This document shows positions 61,892 through 64,000 of a stretch of DNA of 64,000 bases, one piece after another. The position numbers and the translations under genes are program-made. Every line of letters begins with the position of its first letter. Position 1 is the stretch's first letter. This DNA is from Azolla caroliniana (lineage: Eukaryota > Plantae > Polypodiophyta): contig JBHGNT010000008.1 of assembly GCA_043228905.1 (NCBI GenBank), positions 16,058,001-16,122,000 on the forward strand. The letters are read 5' to 3'. The notes beneath the pieces are model-generated. The model was not told the DNA's origin. It worked only from the letters and a program-made list of their open reading frames with translations, and did no database searches.

Positions 61892-64000
61892 TGTTGAGAA
61901 TCAAGCTCAATTTGGTCTAGTGTGTGAACTCACCTTGAGAGTGAATAGACACTCCAACGGTCAAGAGTCACCACTATGTCACTGCTTTGTATTCTAGCAT
62001 TTAGTATGAGTCATAGAATCATATTCTATGACACATAACTTATGAGCTTTCACATTCCCCATGCTCCATGAGTTTTGTAGTTAATGAAGAGAGAGGGTGA
62101 CTATATAAAGCACCCTCCTCCCACCTTCTATAATGTTGAGTCTTTCTCCTTTGTTAATACAATCTACCTTGCGTATACTCTGTGTGTGTGTGTCTCTCTC
62201 TCTCTCTCACACATATGCACATAACACACATCTATTCTGCTACACAAGAATCATACCCGATTTCTTGACATGGTATCCGAGCAAGGTTGGTAGCTCGATC
62301 TAGCCCATTCGCCTCATCATGATCGTGTGTTGTGCTCTATGCCGACGACCAAGAACCGGCTCATTGCTATAGCACCTTCGCTACATAGCTTGCATTCGAA
62401 GAGAGAAGAAGAAGAAGAAGAATCAACATAATGAATACTCAAATGGGGAGCGCTCTCCCTACTGAGAAGTTGGATCGAAACAACTTCGCATCTTGAGAGT
62501 ACAAGATGCATCAATACCTTGTCGGACAAGGTTATTGGAGCTACATCAAAGGAGCGCATGAAGACCGACCCGCCGAAGCGGCTCCCGGATACGCAACATG
62601 GGAGCAAGCCGCAAGCTGCGTGATGTATTGCTTGGCGACATGTGTTCACGATCACATGCTCAGCTACATTCGCGAAGCCAACATGCCGAAGGAAGCAATG
62701 GAAAATCTATGAAAGATTTTCGTGACGAACACAACTGCAAGAAGGCTTCAACTCCGCCAAGAGTTGAACAACATTCAACAAAGGGACATGTCCATTACGA
62801 CATACACCTCGAAGATCAAGGAGGTTTGCGATTCGCTCGGCTCAATAAGTGTAAATATCGATGATGATGATGAGATGGTTCAAATATGCCTCGGCGGCCT
62901 AACACCACGGTTCGGCGCGATGCGAACCGCCATTCTAGCATGGGAAAAAACTCCCTCCTTCTTCGAGCTCCAATTAATGCTATTGGTCAAAGAAAACCAC
63001 GTGCGTACAAGGAGCAATGAGTCGGAAGGCCACATGCTCTACACGCACTCGAACGGAGGAAGAGGACGCGGACGGTTGAGAGGCCGATTCGGCCAAGGAC
63101 AAGGCGGACGAGGTTCGACCTATGATAACAACTTCCAATTTCGGCCGCTGAACGAAAGTCAACAAGGAACCTTCGCAAGAAGGGGGAGCTTCCACTACGG
63201 CCTGAGCCGTCAAAACGCAACCGAATGTGGATATTGCGGAAAGCTCGGCCACTACGAAGAAGAGTGCCGAAAGAAGATGCATGAATCGGCTTCCACAAGC
63301 CGACAACTCACGAATTACGCGCACAATTCCGACTATGAAGAGTATAGCGGAATGTACGGGAACAACTCCGACTATGAAGATCGTGCCGGAATGTATGCAC
63401 GCAACTCCGACCGTGGCGGTATGTTCATGATGAAACATAGAGCAAACTCTATGTCAGCCTCTACCTCAACTAGTGCCCTCAATCCGGAGGACGTATGGTT
63501 TGTTGACTCCGGAGCCTCAAACCATATGACATCCCATAAAGAATGGTTTCTCAAACTTTGAGAGCCGGAGTGATCCGGTTATGTCGAAACCGGAGATGAC
63601 ACTACGCACCCGATTCGGCACATTGGCAATGTTCCATTCGGCGAAAGAGGTAAGAAAACATACATTAAAAATGTCTTGCATGTTCCCACCATCACAAAGA
63701 ATTTGGTCTCGGTCGGCCAAATGGTTGAGCAAGGGATGCAAGTACGATTCGACCAAGATGGGTGCTTCATCGAAAAAGAAGGCCGAATCATCGCACGCGG
63801 AAGAAGAGAGGGCTGGATGTTCATTCTCGATTCACACGAGATGAAATCCGCCATGTTCGCGAAAAGCACGAAAGCCAACTCCGACATAGAGCTATGGCAC
63901 AAGCGAATCGGCCACATCAATCTCAACAAACTCAAAGCAATGAAATCGAAAGTAGTCGTCATCGGACTCCCGACATTCAAAGAGAAGGAGATTGAAGGTG
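61892..64000 (+). mobile_element. Copia family B-related 5' part: LTR 61892-62270, PBS, gag, protease, pre-integrase (runs off window)
   Basis: TGGTATCCGAGC at 62271; CGYCGKLGHYEEEC; WFVDSGASNHMT; LWHKRIGH. Three point stops. Confidence 0.93.

Noticed and set aside
58241-62270. LTRs 58241-58700 and 61892-62270 as one element
   Set aside because: They are in opposite orientations, so they are two separate insertions of one subfamily.

Overview
Eukaryotic, land-plant-type DNA; the TE families suggest a non-seed plant such as a bryophyte, lycophyte or fern (inference). It holds one intact host gene: a 6-exon OPT4-like oligopeptide transporter on the minus strand (16021->11982, 748 aa) with a long (TTTTTA)n array upstream. 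The rest is largely nested, decayed retroelements: a Tnt1/Tork-like Copia family (A), a second Copia family (B), chromovirus-type Gypsy pieces, a non-chromovirus Gypsy family, LINE relics and a hAT-like relic. The most notable signals are: (i) a structurally complete non-autonomous LTR element (37953-42576) with a tRNA-Trp PBS, a 4-bp TSD and only a Gag fused to a long repetitive acidic tail, plus a related partial copy and a pol-bearing relative that share a pre-PPT hairpin; (ii) a conserved -1 frameshift site after the protease in that Gypsy family; (iii) antisense tRNA-like A/B-box cassettes near the U3 tip of three Gypsy LTRs; (iv) alternative hairpins straddling the PPT of Copia family B. 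All calls were made by eye. No alignments or database searches were run, and TE fragment boundaries are approximate unless LTR termini are quoted.
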